DNA of 64,000 nt from Candidatus Bathyarchaeota archaeon (GTDB lineage: Archaea > Thermoproteota > Bathyarchaeia > TCS64): contig CAVYVF010000023.1 of the NCBI GenBank assembly GCA_963771885.1, forward strand, positions 864,001 to 928,000. Reading direction: 5' to 3'. The position numbers were made by a program, and so were the translations under genes. Below, one piece after another: positions 49,909 to 58,397 of the stretch (position 1 is the stretch's first letter; each line of letters begins with the position of its first letter). A model generated the notes under the pieces. The model did not search any database. It was given only the letters and a program-made list of their open reading frames with translations, and was not told where the DNA came from.

Positions 49909-50805
49909 ATGAGCAAGAAAATGAGCATCCGGGACCTCCGCGAGGAGGAGGTAATGTGGAGCGGCAACCCAGCGTGCCAGGGCTGCGGAGGATCGATAGT
50001 CGGCAGACTGATATTCAAGGCACTCGGCAGAAACTCGGCACGCGTCGAGGTCGCCTCGTGCGCCCCCGGTTTCATGAATATACGCGTCCCCAGCTTCTTC
50101 GGCCCCGCCTTCGAGGGGGGAGCCGCCTTCGCCACTGGCCTAGCCAGGGGATACAAGGTCATTGGCAGAGAGGACATAACAGTCGCCGCCCTAATCGGAG
50201 ACGGCGGGACAGTCGACATAGGCTTCCAGGGACTCAGCGGCGCCGCTGAGCGCAACGAGAACGTCTTCTGGTTCACCTACGACAACGAGGCATACATGAA
50301 CACCGGCGGTCAGCGCAGCAGCGCGACGCCGGCGCATGCCTCCACCTCGACGACGCCTGTAGCGGCTCTGAGTCGGGGAAAGACGAGCGAGAAGAAGAAC
50401 GTCCCCATGATACTCGCCTTACACCATGTCCCATTCGTCGCTACCGCTTCGGTCGCTTACCCCGAGGACCTGACTGCTAAGATCGTCTACGGCAAGCCGC
50501 TCAAGGGCTTCCGCTACATGCACATCTACAGCCCCTGCCCCACAGGCTGGGGCACAGATCCTAAAGACACCATAAAGCTCGCGAGGCTAAGCGTCGAGTC
50601 CGGCATGTGGCCCCTCTACGAGATAACCGGGGACCGAAAGATCAGGCTCACATATAAGCCGCGTGAGCTGAAGCCAGTCTCCGAGGTGCTGAAGATGCAG
50701 GGCAGGTTCAGGCACTTAAAGGATGAGGAGATCGCTGGAATACAGGAGCAGACGACGGCAAACTGGCAGCACCTCCTCGAAATGGATGGTAAACAGCTAT
50801 TCTAG
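49909..50805 (+). CDS. porB: Pyruvate/2-ketoacid:ferredoxin oxidoreductase beta subunit (Por family)
   Basis: ACQGCG, GDGGT.DIG, YDNEAYMNTGGQRS, PCPTGW and QGRFRHL motifs. Confidence 0.88.
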   Translation: MSKKMSIRDLREEEVMWSGNPACQGCGGSIVGRLIFKALGRNSARVEVASCAPGFMNIRVPSFFGPAFEGGAAFATGLARGYKVIGREDITVAALIGDGGTVDIGFQGLSGAAERNENVFWFTYDNEAYMNTGGQRSSATPAHASTSTTPVAALSRGKTSEKKNVPMILALHHVPFVATASVAYPEDLTAKIVYGKPLKGFRYMHIYSPCPTGWGTDPKDTIKLARLSVESGMWPLYEITGDRKIRLTYKPRELKPVSEVLKMQGRFRHLKDEEIAGIQEQTTANWQHLLEMDGKQLF

Positions 50806-50820
50806 CCCGACCTTTCAGGG

Positions 50821-51083
50821 CTACTTCTTTATCGAAATGTACCTGTCGAGGGCGATTATCGCTGCGAACCAGATGACGAGGTCGATCGCCATTGATGTCA
50901 GATCGATGCGCCATTTGTCGACGGGTCCGGCTATCGTGACGAGCGTGTTTTCTCCCCAATTTAAGGGGAGTCCGTAGCTCACCCTGACGAGGTCGGGCAC
51001 CTCGTATGCCCACCCCAGAGCATCGAGAGAAGGGCTACGACAACAAGTAGGACGAGGAGAGCATCGGCTACAATCTGCTTCAT
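50821..51083 (-). CDS. Small two-TM membrane protein; -1 frameshift at 51013-51016
   Basis: Absent from the ORF track. Adding one G gives MKQIVADALLVLLVVVALLSMLWGWAYEVPDLVRVSYGLPLNWGENTLVTIAGPVDKWRIDLTSMAIDLVIWFAAIIALDRYISIKK*. Confidence 0.65.
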
Positions 51084-51171
51084 AGGAAAGTTTCGGAAAC
51101 GCGTATAATTATAGGTATCGCGTTTGACTCATAACAATATAACGATGTAACTAAGTAGTTATGATTACACG

Positions 51172-51984
51172 GTGTCCACCGGGTTGACGACGATCCTCAA
51201 GTGGGCTGGGGGTAAGAGGAGTCTAACTCCGGCCATCGTCGCCACCTTCCCCCCAGACTACGCCGAGAGGCGCTATCACGAGCCCTTCCTCGGAGGGGGT
51301 GCCGTCTTCTTCGCCATCAATCCCAAAGGGGGAACGGTCAACGACGTTAACCCGCGCCTAGTCAACTTCTACCGAGTCGTCAGAGATGATCCCGCCGCAC
51401 TCATCGCCGAGGCGTCGAAGCACCTCTACGAGAAGGAAACCTACTATCGCATTCGGGACAGGTTCAACGGCGGTGGGCTTGACGCCGTGGAGGACGCGGC
51501 GCTGCTGCTCTACCTCAACAAGACGGGGTACAACGGGCTCTACAGGGTCAACAGTAGAGGACTCTTCAACGTGCCATTCGGCACATACAAGAACCCGAGG
51601 ATAGTCCCCGAGGGTGACATCTACGCCGCCAGTGAGGTGCTCCGCCGAGTAGAGCTGCGCTGCGAGGACTTCTCCTATCTCCTCAACGAGGCGCGGGAGG
51701 GCGATCTAGTCTATCTCGACCCTCCCTACGAGCCATTAAGCAGGACCTCCAACTTCAACACCTACAGCCCCACAGGGTTCCCATGGTCGGAACAGGAGAG
51801 GCTCGCCGGGATCGTGAGGGAGCTTGATGCGCGGGGCGTACTATTCACCCTGAGCAACAGCGAGCCCGTCAAGAGACTCTACAGAGGATTCAGGGTAAGG
51901 GTCGTTCACGCCAACCGCAGCATAAACACGAAGACGAGTTCCCGGGGCCCAGTCAGAGAGATAATTGTATCGAATATCGTGTAG
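51172..51984 (+). CDS. Dam-family DNA adenine methyltransferase (orphan)
   Basis: LKWAGGK, YHEPFLGGGAV, LNKTGYNGLYRVN..G.FNVPFG and YLDPPY motifs. Confidence 0.93.
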   Translation: MSTGLTTILKWAGGKRSLTPAIVATFPPDYAERRYHEPFLGGGAVFFAINPKGGTVNDVNPRLVNFYRVVRDDPAALIAEASKHLYEKETYYRIRDRFNGGGLDAVEDAALLLYLNKTGYNGLYRVNSRGLFNVPFGTYKNPRIVPEGDIYAASEVLRRVELRCEDFSYLLNEAREGDLVYLDPPYEPLSRTSNFNTYSPTGFPWSEQERLAGIVRELDARGVLFTLSNSEPVKRLYRGFRVRVVHANRSINTKTSSRGPVREIIVSNIV

Positions 51985-52205
51985 AAAATAGCGTGAACAT
52001 TAGCTGACGGTCCTGAGGCTTACGCTTCCGACGCCGAGGCCGATGTTCAGATCAAGCTTGGGATCTGGTTGCGCGTCGTATTCCCTCGTCCGCGCGCGTG
52101 CTTGTCGGCGATGGAGTCTACGCTTAGCCTCCAACGACCGAGATGAGTTTCTGCTCGTGTGAATTCTCTTAAATTCGGTGCGACGCATGTACTTCGAGGG
52201 GTTAA

Positions 52206-54014
52206 GTGATGGTTGAATCTACGATCTTGCCAGCACGAGATCAAGTCCCACTCGACGAGACGTGGGACCTCGAAAGCGTGTTCCCCACACCAGAGAACTG
52301 GGAAACCGCGGGGAGGGAGATAGCCGACTCCCTGCCCAAGCTCACCGGCTTCCAGGGAAGAATCAAAGAGGGGCAGAAGACACTACTCGAGTACCTCGAG
52401 CTTTCCCAGAAAGTCGGCGTTCTCAATGGCAAATACTTCAACTATGCGAGCAACTACTACGCCGTCGACACAACAAACCAACGGAGCGCAGCCCGCTTAG
52501 GTCAAGCCCGTAGCTTAACAGCCCAACTCAGCGCCGCGAACGCATTCTTCGAACCCGAGTTGATGAGCCTCGGCCTTGAACTGGTCGAGGAGTGGATAAA
52601 GAAGACGCCTGAGCTGGGATTCTTCGAGCACGCCCTCGACAAGCTGAGGCGGAAACAGGTCCACATGCGAAGCGGCGAGGTGGAGCAGGTGCTCGCGATG
52701 ACGCTTGATCCCTTCAGCGGACCCACAACCATCTACAGCGCGTTGAGCGACGCCGATCTAGTATTCAAACATGCGACGGACAGCGGAGGAAGGAGCGTCG
52801 AGGTCGCCCAGGCGAGCCTAGGCGGGCTCCTATCCAGCCCAGACCGGGAGTTGAGGAGAACCGCCTACGAGAACTACAACGATGAATACCTAGCACACAG
52901 GAACACCCTCGCGGCCACGTTCACCACTCAGGTGAAGCAGGACGTCCTCAACACGAGGGTACGGGGATACGAGTCGAGCCTACACGCCTCACTGGAGCCA
53001 AACAGCATCCCAGTCGAGGTATTCCACAATCTGCAGACCGTATTCAAGAAGAACCTACCAACGTGGCACCGCTACTGGCGCATGCGCAGAGAGTTGCTAG
53101 GTCTCAACGAGCTACACGTTTACGACCTAAGGGCGCCGCTGACATCCGCCAAGCCAATCGTCCCATATAGGCAGGCTGTCGAGTGGATATGCAAGGGCAT
53201 GTCACCCCTCGGCGGGGAGGTCACCGACGTACTCCGTCGAGGCTGCTTGGAGCAGCGCTGGGTAGACCGCTCCCGCAACAAGGGTAAACGCAACGGCGCC
53301 TTCACGAACGCCACCCATGGGACCTACCCCTTCATCATGATGTCATACAACGACGACCTATTCAGTCTGAGCACCCTCGCCCATGAGCTGGGCCACGCCC
53401 TGCATAGCTACTACTCGCGACGCGAGCAGCCATTCATCTACGGGCGTTACTCGCTCTTCGAGGCGGAGGTAGCGTCGAACTTTAACCAGTCAATGGTTAG
53501 AGACTACCTCTTCCGGACCCATGATGACCGCGACTTCCAGGTTGCCCTGATTGAGGAGGCTATGTCCAACTTCCATAGATACTTCTTCATAATGCCCCTG
53601 CTCGCTCGATTCGAGCATGAGGCCCACCTGAGAGCCGAGCAGGGGGCACCACTAAACGCAAACATCCTCATTGAGATTATGGCAGACCTGTTCAAGGAGG
53701 GTTATGGTGAAGAGGTCGTGTTCGACCGCGACCGCATGGGCATCCACTGGGCTCAATTCGGCCACATGTACATGAACTTCTACGTCTACCAGTACACGAC
53801 GGGCATCTCCGGGGCACACGCTTTGACACGACCGATTCTGAGAGGGGACGCTGCAGCCGTGGAACGATATATGGATTTCCTGAAGGCGGGTGGCTCAAGG
53901 TACCCGCTGGACAACCTAAAGGCGACGGGTGTAGACCTATCCAAGCCGGAGCCGGTTGAAAGCGCCTTCATCTACTTAGCCGGGCTCCTAGACCGACTAC
54001 AGACCCTCCTTTAA
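52206..54014 (+). CDS. pepF: Oligoendopeptidase F (M3B)
   Basis: TWDLE, RWVD...GKRNGAF, TLAHELGHALHS, AEVAS and FYVYQY motifs. Confidence 0.93.
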   Translation: MMVESTILPARDQVPLDETWDLESVFPTPENWETAGREIADSLPKLTGFQGRIKEGQKTLLEYLELSQKVGVLNGKYFNYASNYYAVDTTNQRSAARLGQARSLTAQLSAANAFFEPELMSLGLELVEEWIKKTPELGFFEHALDKLRRKQVHMRSGEVEQVLAMTLDPFSGPTTIYSALSDADLVFKHATDSGGRSVEVAQASLGGLLSSPDRELRRTAYENYNDEYLAHRNTLAATFTTQVKQDVLNTRVRGYESSLHASLEPNSIPVEVFHNLQTVFKKNLPTWHRYWRMRRELLGLNELHVYDLRAPLTSAKPIVPYRQAVEWICKGMSPLGGEVTDVLRRGCLEQRWVDRSRNKGKRNGAFTNATHGTYPFIMMSYNDDLFSLSTLAHELGHALHSYYSRREQPFIYGRYSLFEAEVASNFNQSMVRDYLFRTHDDRDFQVALIEEAMSNFHRYFFIMPLLARFEHEAHLRAEQGAPLNANILIEIMADLFKEGYGEEVVFDRDRMGIHWAQFGHMYMNFYVYQYTTGISGAHALTRPILRGDAAAVERYMDFLKAGGSRYPLDNLKATGVDLSKPEPVESAFIYLAGLLDRLQTLL

Positions 54015-54015
54015 C

Positions 54016-54638
54016 ATGCGCGTGCGCACGTCTAAGCGACGCCTTTATCGATTCGAGCCGCGCGCGCAGTTCAGGAGGGGCAGCTACCCGCTACTCTACC
54101 CCATCCCAATCTGCCTCCTCGGGGCGATGGTTGACTGCAAGCCAAACTACGAGGCCGTCGGCAACATCGGGATGGTGAGCTTCAACCCCAACCTCCTCAT
54201 GGTTAGCAGCCTGCGGAGCCACCACACGAACAGGGGCGTGAACGAACACGGTACCTTCAGCGTCAACTATCCGAGCGCGGTGATGGTCGCGGAGACGGAC
54301 TACGCGCGCGCGTGAGCGGGGCTAAGGAGGATAAGGGCAGCTTCTTCACGAACTTTTACGGTGTTCTCGGCACGGCACCGATGATCGAGGAATGCCCGGT
54401 GAACCTAGAGTGCAAGGTCATAGACACACTCCGCTACGGCTCCTACGAGGTGTGGATCGCCGAGGTAGTCGAAACTTACCTAGATGGGGGGATAGTCCCA
54501 GCCGAGCCTAAGAGGTGGCCGAGCATCGACGAAGTAAACCTGCTCGTCTATACACCCGCGGGTACATACTGGGACATGGGGAAGCAGATCGGCAGGAGCT
54601 ACGACTCAGGCAAGGCTGTAAAGAATAGAGGTAACTGA
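54016..54638 (+). CDS. Flavin reductase-like family protein; frameshift in the CG repeat at about 54303-54311
   Basis: YPIPICLLGA, HHTN.G, FSVNYP and ETDY, then VSG...DK...APMIEECPVNLEC in another frame. Start uncertain. Confidence 0.78.
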
Positions 54639-54673
54639 AGCGATTTATTAAGTGCCGTTTCCACCGTCAAAAC

Positions 54674-54907
54674 ATGAACATACCCTCAGCCATCCTCGCC
54701 CAAGTTGGGGCGGGCATAGAGACGCTCATACTTGTCGGAATACTGATTCTGATCGGCGTAGTAGTCATCATGGTCGTTGGGGCGCTCCTATTCTTCCTCC
54801 CCGCCGCGCTGCTGGCCGGCATCGTCTGGTTCCTAACCGGGAACGAACTCTACACAGGCCTTGCCTTCCTCGCGGTAGCCCTCCTCAGCCTAACTAGGCG
54901 CAAATAG
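54674..54907 (+). CDS. Small membrane protein
   Basis: 77 aa, almost entirely hydrophobic; TTTATTAA upstream. Confidence 0.7.
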   Translation: MNIPSAILAQVGAGIETLILVGILILIGVVVIMVVGALLFFLPAALLAGIVWFLTGNELYTGLAFLAVALLSLTRRK

Positions 54908-54956
54908 GGCTATGCGTTGGTTATAAGCCACGACAACACTACTTAGACGTCCCAGT

Positions 54957-55460
54957 TTGGTCAATGACGTAGAGATCACCCCACACTCACCGAGGCCTGG
55001 TGACCCAGTCAACATCACCTTCCGCGGCGACTGCAGCGAGAGATTCCCTGTCGAGCTCATTTATGAGCAGGCGGTGCCAGCCTACAATGGCTCCTTCACC
55101 GTGCAGATGAGTGGGATACGTGTACCATGGTCCCGCAACAGCCTTGCCATAGACGCAAGGTACGTCTCCTCAATGAATGTAGGCGCCAAGTTACTACTCT
55201 GGATCAGCAAGAAAGCAGACGTATTTGGTGGCGTGGGCAGTTACAAACTCATCAATGTGCCTGAGGGTAGTTACAATGTCAGGCTCAACGGCATACCAGC
55301 ACCCGGTGCCCGCGAGGTCAAGGTCAGGATCACTGCGCAGTCAGAGCTATGGACGGACGCCGCAGGTAAGTGCTCCTACATCATTCAAACGGTCCCGCAA
55401 AACACGGGCAACATAACGGTCAAGTGCAATGGGCTCGAGCACCGGATCGAGATAAACTAA
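54957..55460 (+). CDS. Hypothetical beta-rich protein
   Basis: 167-aa ORF filling the gap; TTATAA about 30 nt upstream. Confidence 0.6.
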   Translation: MVNDVEITPHSPRPGDPVNITFRGDCSERFPVELIYEQAVPAYNGSFTVQMSGIRVPWSRNSLAIDARYVSSMNVGAKLLLWISKKADVFGGVGSYKLINVPEGSYNVRLNGIPAPGAREVKVRITAQSELWTDAAGKCSYIIQTVPQNTGNITVKCNGLEHRIEIN

Positions 55461-55512
55461 CACGCGCCAATAAGTGCTCAATCGTTAATAGGCGTTCCTC
55501 GCAGGTGTATCC

Positions 55513-55791
55513 GTGGACACCTTCCTCCTCGACGCAGGCAACTTATTCCTCTTCCTGAGCGGCTTCCTCATGCTCTACACCGCCTACAAGGACAGGAAGG
55601 TACTTAGGGGCTACAACCTACCCGGAACCATCCTTATTGTGCTTGCGATAGGGCTTGCCCTCGCTTTCTACGCGCAGCAGGGCTATTGGCTCAGCTTCTG
55701 CCTGACGCTTCCCAATTGGACCTACTGGCTCATCGTCTGCTCGTCGATACTCAAGATGCGCTTCAGCCCCACACCCGTCCCAGCAGCCTGA
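55513..55791 (+). CDS. Small three-TM membrane protein
   Basis: 92-aa hydrophobic ORF with an AGGTG SD-like sequence upstream. Confidence 0.6.
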   Translation: MDTFLLDAGNLFLFLSGFLMLYTAYKDRKVLRGYNLPGTILIVLAIGLALAFYAQQGYWLSFCLTLPNWTYWLIVCSSILKMRFSPTPVPAA

Positions 55792-56992
55792 GCGCGTTAC
55801 CGCCCATCACTTTCCCGATCTCCGCGTCGCTGAAACCATTAGCCACCATCCAGCGTGCTATGTTGGTGAACTCTGACGGGTTCTCCAGCCCCCTGACGTA
55901 GCCAGGGTCGACCTCCCCCTTCGGGATCGGGAACTCCTCGACGGGCTTCTCCCCGGGTCGTTTATAGTGCCCGAGGCGGCGGGGGAACCAGACCCTGTAG
56001 AGCCCCTGATGGTCGCCGTAGAGGGTGTCGGGCCCACAGCCGACGTGGTCTACTCCCATCGTGTCAATGCAGTAAGAGAGGCACTCCCCATAGCTGTCGA
56101 TGCTCCCCACGGGGTGTTTCCTCGTGCGGAGCCCACGCCCCGCACCGCCGACGCCAAGCAGCCCGCCGCTTTCCGCGAGCGCGTGGAGAACCTCATCCCC
56201 ATTCGTATGCCCCTGTGCGATCGCCCCCGGCCCGCTGTGGCTGTTGTAGATTGGGTCCTCCGAAGCCTCAATGGTCTCCAGTGCCGTCCTGTCGTTTGTG
56301 TGCCCTACATCGACGAGAATCCCAACTTTATTCATCCGCCTTACCGTGTCGTAGCCGAAGTCAGTGAGCCCCGAGTCTAGGCGGCTCTCCCCCATGCCCC
56401 CGCCGAGCATATTCGACTCAGAGTAACAGATCCCCATACTCCTAACCCCCAAGCCGTAGAGGACGTCTACGCGGTCCACCTCATTCTCGATAGGCGTCGC
56501 CGACTCAAGACACAGAGCGAGGGCAATCTTCCCCCTCCTCTTCGCTTCACGGATGTCACCGACTCCCCTACAGGGAATGACCAGATCCTGGTGTGCCAGG
56601 TCGCAGAGCCGGCTCCCAAGATCGTGAACGACGTCAGTCCACTTCCACCCACTGAAACTCGTGACATAGCTCATCCCGTCCATCATGTGGTCGAAGACGC
56701 AGTCGACACCCGCCTTAGCTAGGTCCTCGTAGTCGGTGAACTGGCGCCCGAGCCCATTCATCTCGGGAAGCTGCGCCATGTCCTCCGGGTAGTAGACGGG
56801 GTGCTCGTGCAGGTCAACGATCGTATTCTTCTCGACGAGTCCCCGCCAACGCTCCTCCTCATGCTTCGAGAGGGGCACCCTGTACTCGGGAACCCTCCCC
56901 GCCCCCTTCGAGAACCTGAAGACCTTGTAGTCGAACCCTGCCTTGAGGTACCCGTAGGCGTGGTACCCGCCCCAGACCTTCACTCCACCCAT
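55763..56992 (-). CDS. Membrane dipeptidase (M19/renal dipeptidase family)
   Basis: VDLHEH, LES, GLTDFG, VDVGH, SHS, DHVGCGPD and GGNALR motifs. Confidence 0.9.
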   Translation of the reverse strand: MGGVKVWGGYHAYGYLKAGFDYKVFRFSKGAGRVPEYRVPLSKHEEERWRGLVEKNTIVDLHEHPVYYPEDMAQLPEMNGLGRQFTDYEDLAKAGVDCVFDHMMDGMSYVTSFSGWKWTDVVHDLGSRLCDLAHQDLVIPCRGVGDIREAKRRGKIALALCLESATPIENEVDRVDVLYGLGVRSMGICYSESNMLGGGMGESRLDSGLTDFGYDTVRRMNKVGILVDVGHTNDRTALETIEASEDPIYNSHSGPGAIAQGHTNGDEVLHALAESGGLLGVGGAGRGLRTRKHPVGSIDSYGECLSYCIDTMGVDHVGCGPDTLYGDHQGLYRVWFPRRLGHYKRPGEKPVEEFPIPKGEVDPGYVRGLENPSEFTNIARWMVANGFSDAEIGKVMGGNALRLLGRVWG

Positions 56993-57097
56993 AATAGATC
57001 AAGACAAACACGGCGAAAGGTGTAGATGACAGTTCCGAGCCACAGTCACTAATTTATATTAACCGCGGTTCAAAACAAACAAAGGAGAACGCGACAC

Positions 57098-57382
57098 TTG
57101 CCAGTAACTAGAGTCGATGGAAAATTGAATCACCACAAGGTCTTCCTCTACACGTTGAGCACCTGTGGCTGGTGTAAGAAAACGAAGGAGCTCCTCAGGG
57201 AGAAGGAAGTCACATACGAGTATCTCGACGTCGACGTGCTAAAGGCGGAGGAGAGGAAGCAGGCTATCGAGGACCTCCACAGGAGGAACGCCCCGCTCGG
57301 CTTTCCCGTCGTGATAATCGACGACACACACCTCATAAGCGGCTACCAGCCGGAGAAGATGTTGAGTGCACTCGGGCTATGA
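57098..57382 (+). CDS. Glutaredoxin-family protein (methanoredoxin-like)
   Basis: YTLSTCGWCKKTK, FP cis-Pro and ISGY motifs; overlaps the next gene (ATGA). Confidence 0.9.
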   Translation: MPVTRVDGKLNHHKVFLYTLSTCGWCKKTKELLREKEVTYEYLDVDVLKAEERKQAIEDLHRRNAPLGFPVVIIDDTHLISGYQPEKMLSALGL

Positions 57383-57906
57383 CCGCCACAATAGAGTCTG
57401 TGAGGCAGCGCGCTGAGCAGGACGCGAAGAGCCACGGCTACTACCTCAACTCCGACCCGAAGTTCCTCCAGGACCTATTCGAGGGCTTGAAAGTGAACGA
57501 AGACCGTTATGGCTACCCCTCTTGTCCATGCAGACCAGGAACCGGCGTCTACGAGCAGGACAGGGACATAATCTGCCCCTGTGACTACAGGGATCCCGAT
57601 GTCGCCGAGTTTGGCGCTTGCTACTGCAGCCTTTACGTCAACAAGGAGGTCTTCGACACGGGTCGGTTGACACCCATACCGGAGAGGAGGCCCCCGGAGA
57701 AGATGTTCCCCGACATCGCCCCTGTACAGGTGATGGAGCAAAAACCCGCAGCGGTTCCCCCAGCAACACAGAGGACACTATGGTACTGCAAACAATGCGG
57801 TTACGTCGTCTTCCGCGAGGATTCCCCCTACGTCTGCCCCATATGCAGGGCAAAGAAGGAGTTCTTCGCAGAGCTAAAACGGGGGATACAGCAAGAGACC
57901 GGCTAG
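57379..57906 (+). CDS. Ferredoxin:thioredoxin reductase catalytic domain with C-terminal rubredoxin-like site (ferredoxin:disulfide reductase)
   Basis: YGYPSCPCR, ICPCDY and CYCSLY motifs; C-terminal WYCKQCGY...CPICRAKKE.F. Confidence 0.92.
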   Translation: MTATIESVRQRAEQDAKSHGYYLNSDPKFLQDLFEGLKVNEDRYGYPSCPCRPGTGVYEQDRDIICPCDYRDPDVAEFGACYCSLYVNKEVFDTGRLTPIPERRPPEKMFPDIAPVQVMEQKPAAVPPATQRTLWYCKQCGYVVFREDSPYVCPICRAKKEFFAELKRGIQQETG

Positions 57907-58322
57907 GCCTCGGGCTCGACGATTACCGCCGTGCCCGTCGCCGAGAAGACTAGGATACCCATCTGGTATCCCATATCCGATGTCTCGACGTCGCAGCTAA
58001 GAACCGCGTTGGCTCCCATCGCTGCCGCCTTCGCTCGGCATCTATCGATAGCCTCGGCTCGTGCTTTCTCTATCTCATAGCTGAAAGCGGTCACCTCGCC
58101 GCCTATCATTGACTCGATGCCGGCGATCAGCTTGCCGAAGATGCCTCTCGTCCTAGGTGTGATACCCGAAACGATCCCGATTATCCTCTTCACCTTGTAG
58201 CCGGGAAGGGTCGGCATCGTCGATATTATGAACCCATGGCTACTACCGTCGAGGCCGGAGCCGCATCGGCTGCAGAACTTCGCGTCACTCTGGTTATCCA
58301 CTCCACATACCTTACAGTTCAT
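57903..58322 (-). CDS. YbjQ/UPF0145 heavy-metal-binding family protein with N-terminal zinc ribbon
   Basis: CKVCG...FCSRCG, then GGEV...AR.EA...GANAV...ATGTAV. Confidence 0.88.
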   Translation of the reverse strand: MNCKVCGVDNQSDAKFCSRCGSGLDGSSHGFIISTMPTLPGYKVKRIIGIVSGITPRTRGIFGKLIAGIESMIGGEVTAFSYEIEKARAEAIDRCRAKAAAMGANAVLSCDVETSDMGYQMGILVFSATGTAVIVEPEA

Positions 58323-58397
58323 GTTTCTCACCGAAACTAGCAATATATCCCATAATTATAGGGATATCCTATATAGAAAATGGGAGGAATATAGAGG

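Noticed and set aside
54303..54315. TGA in the flavin reductase gene as possible selenocysteine or readthrough
   Set aside because: The downstream homologous sequence is in a different frame, so this is an indel in a CG repeat rather than an in-frame stop.
11313..54638. Programmed frameshifting or mass pseudogenisation
   Set aside because: No common slippery site or stimulatory structure, mixed directions, unrelated and probably essential genes affected, and no accumulated nonsense codons seen.
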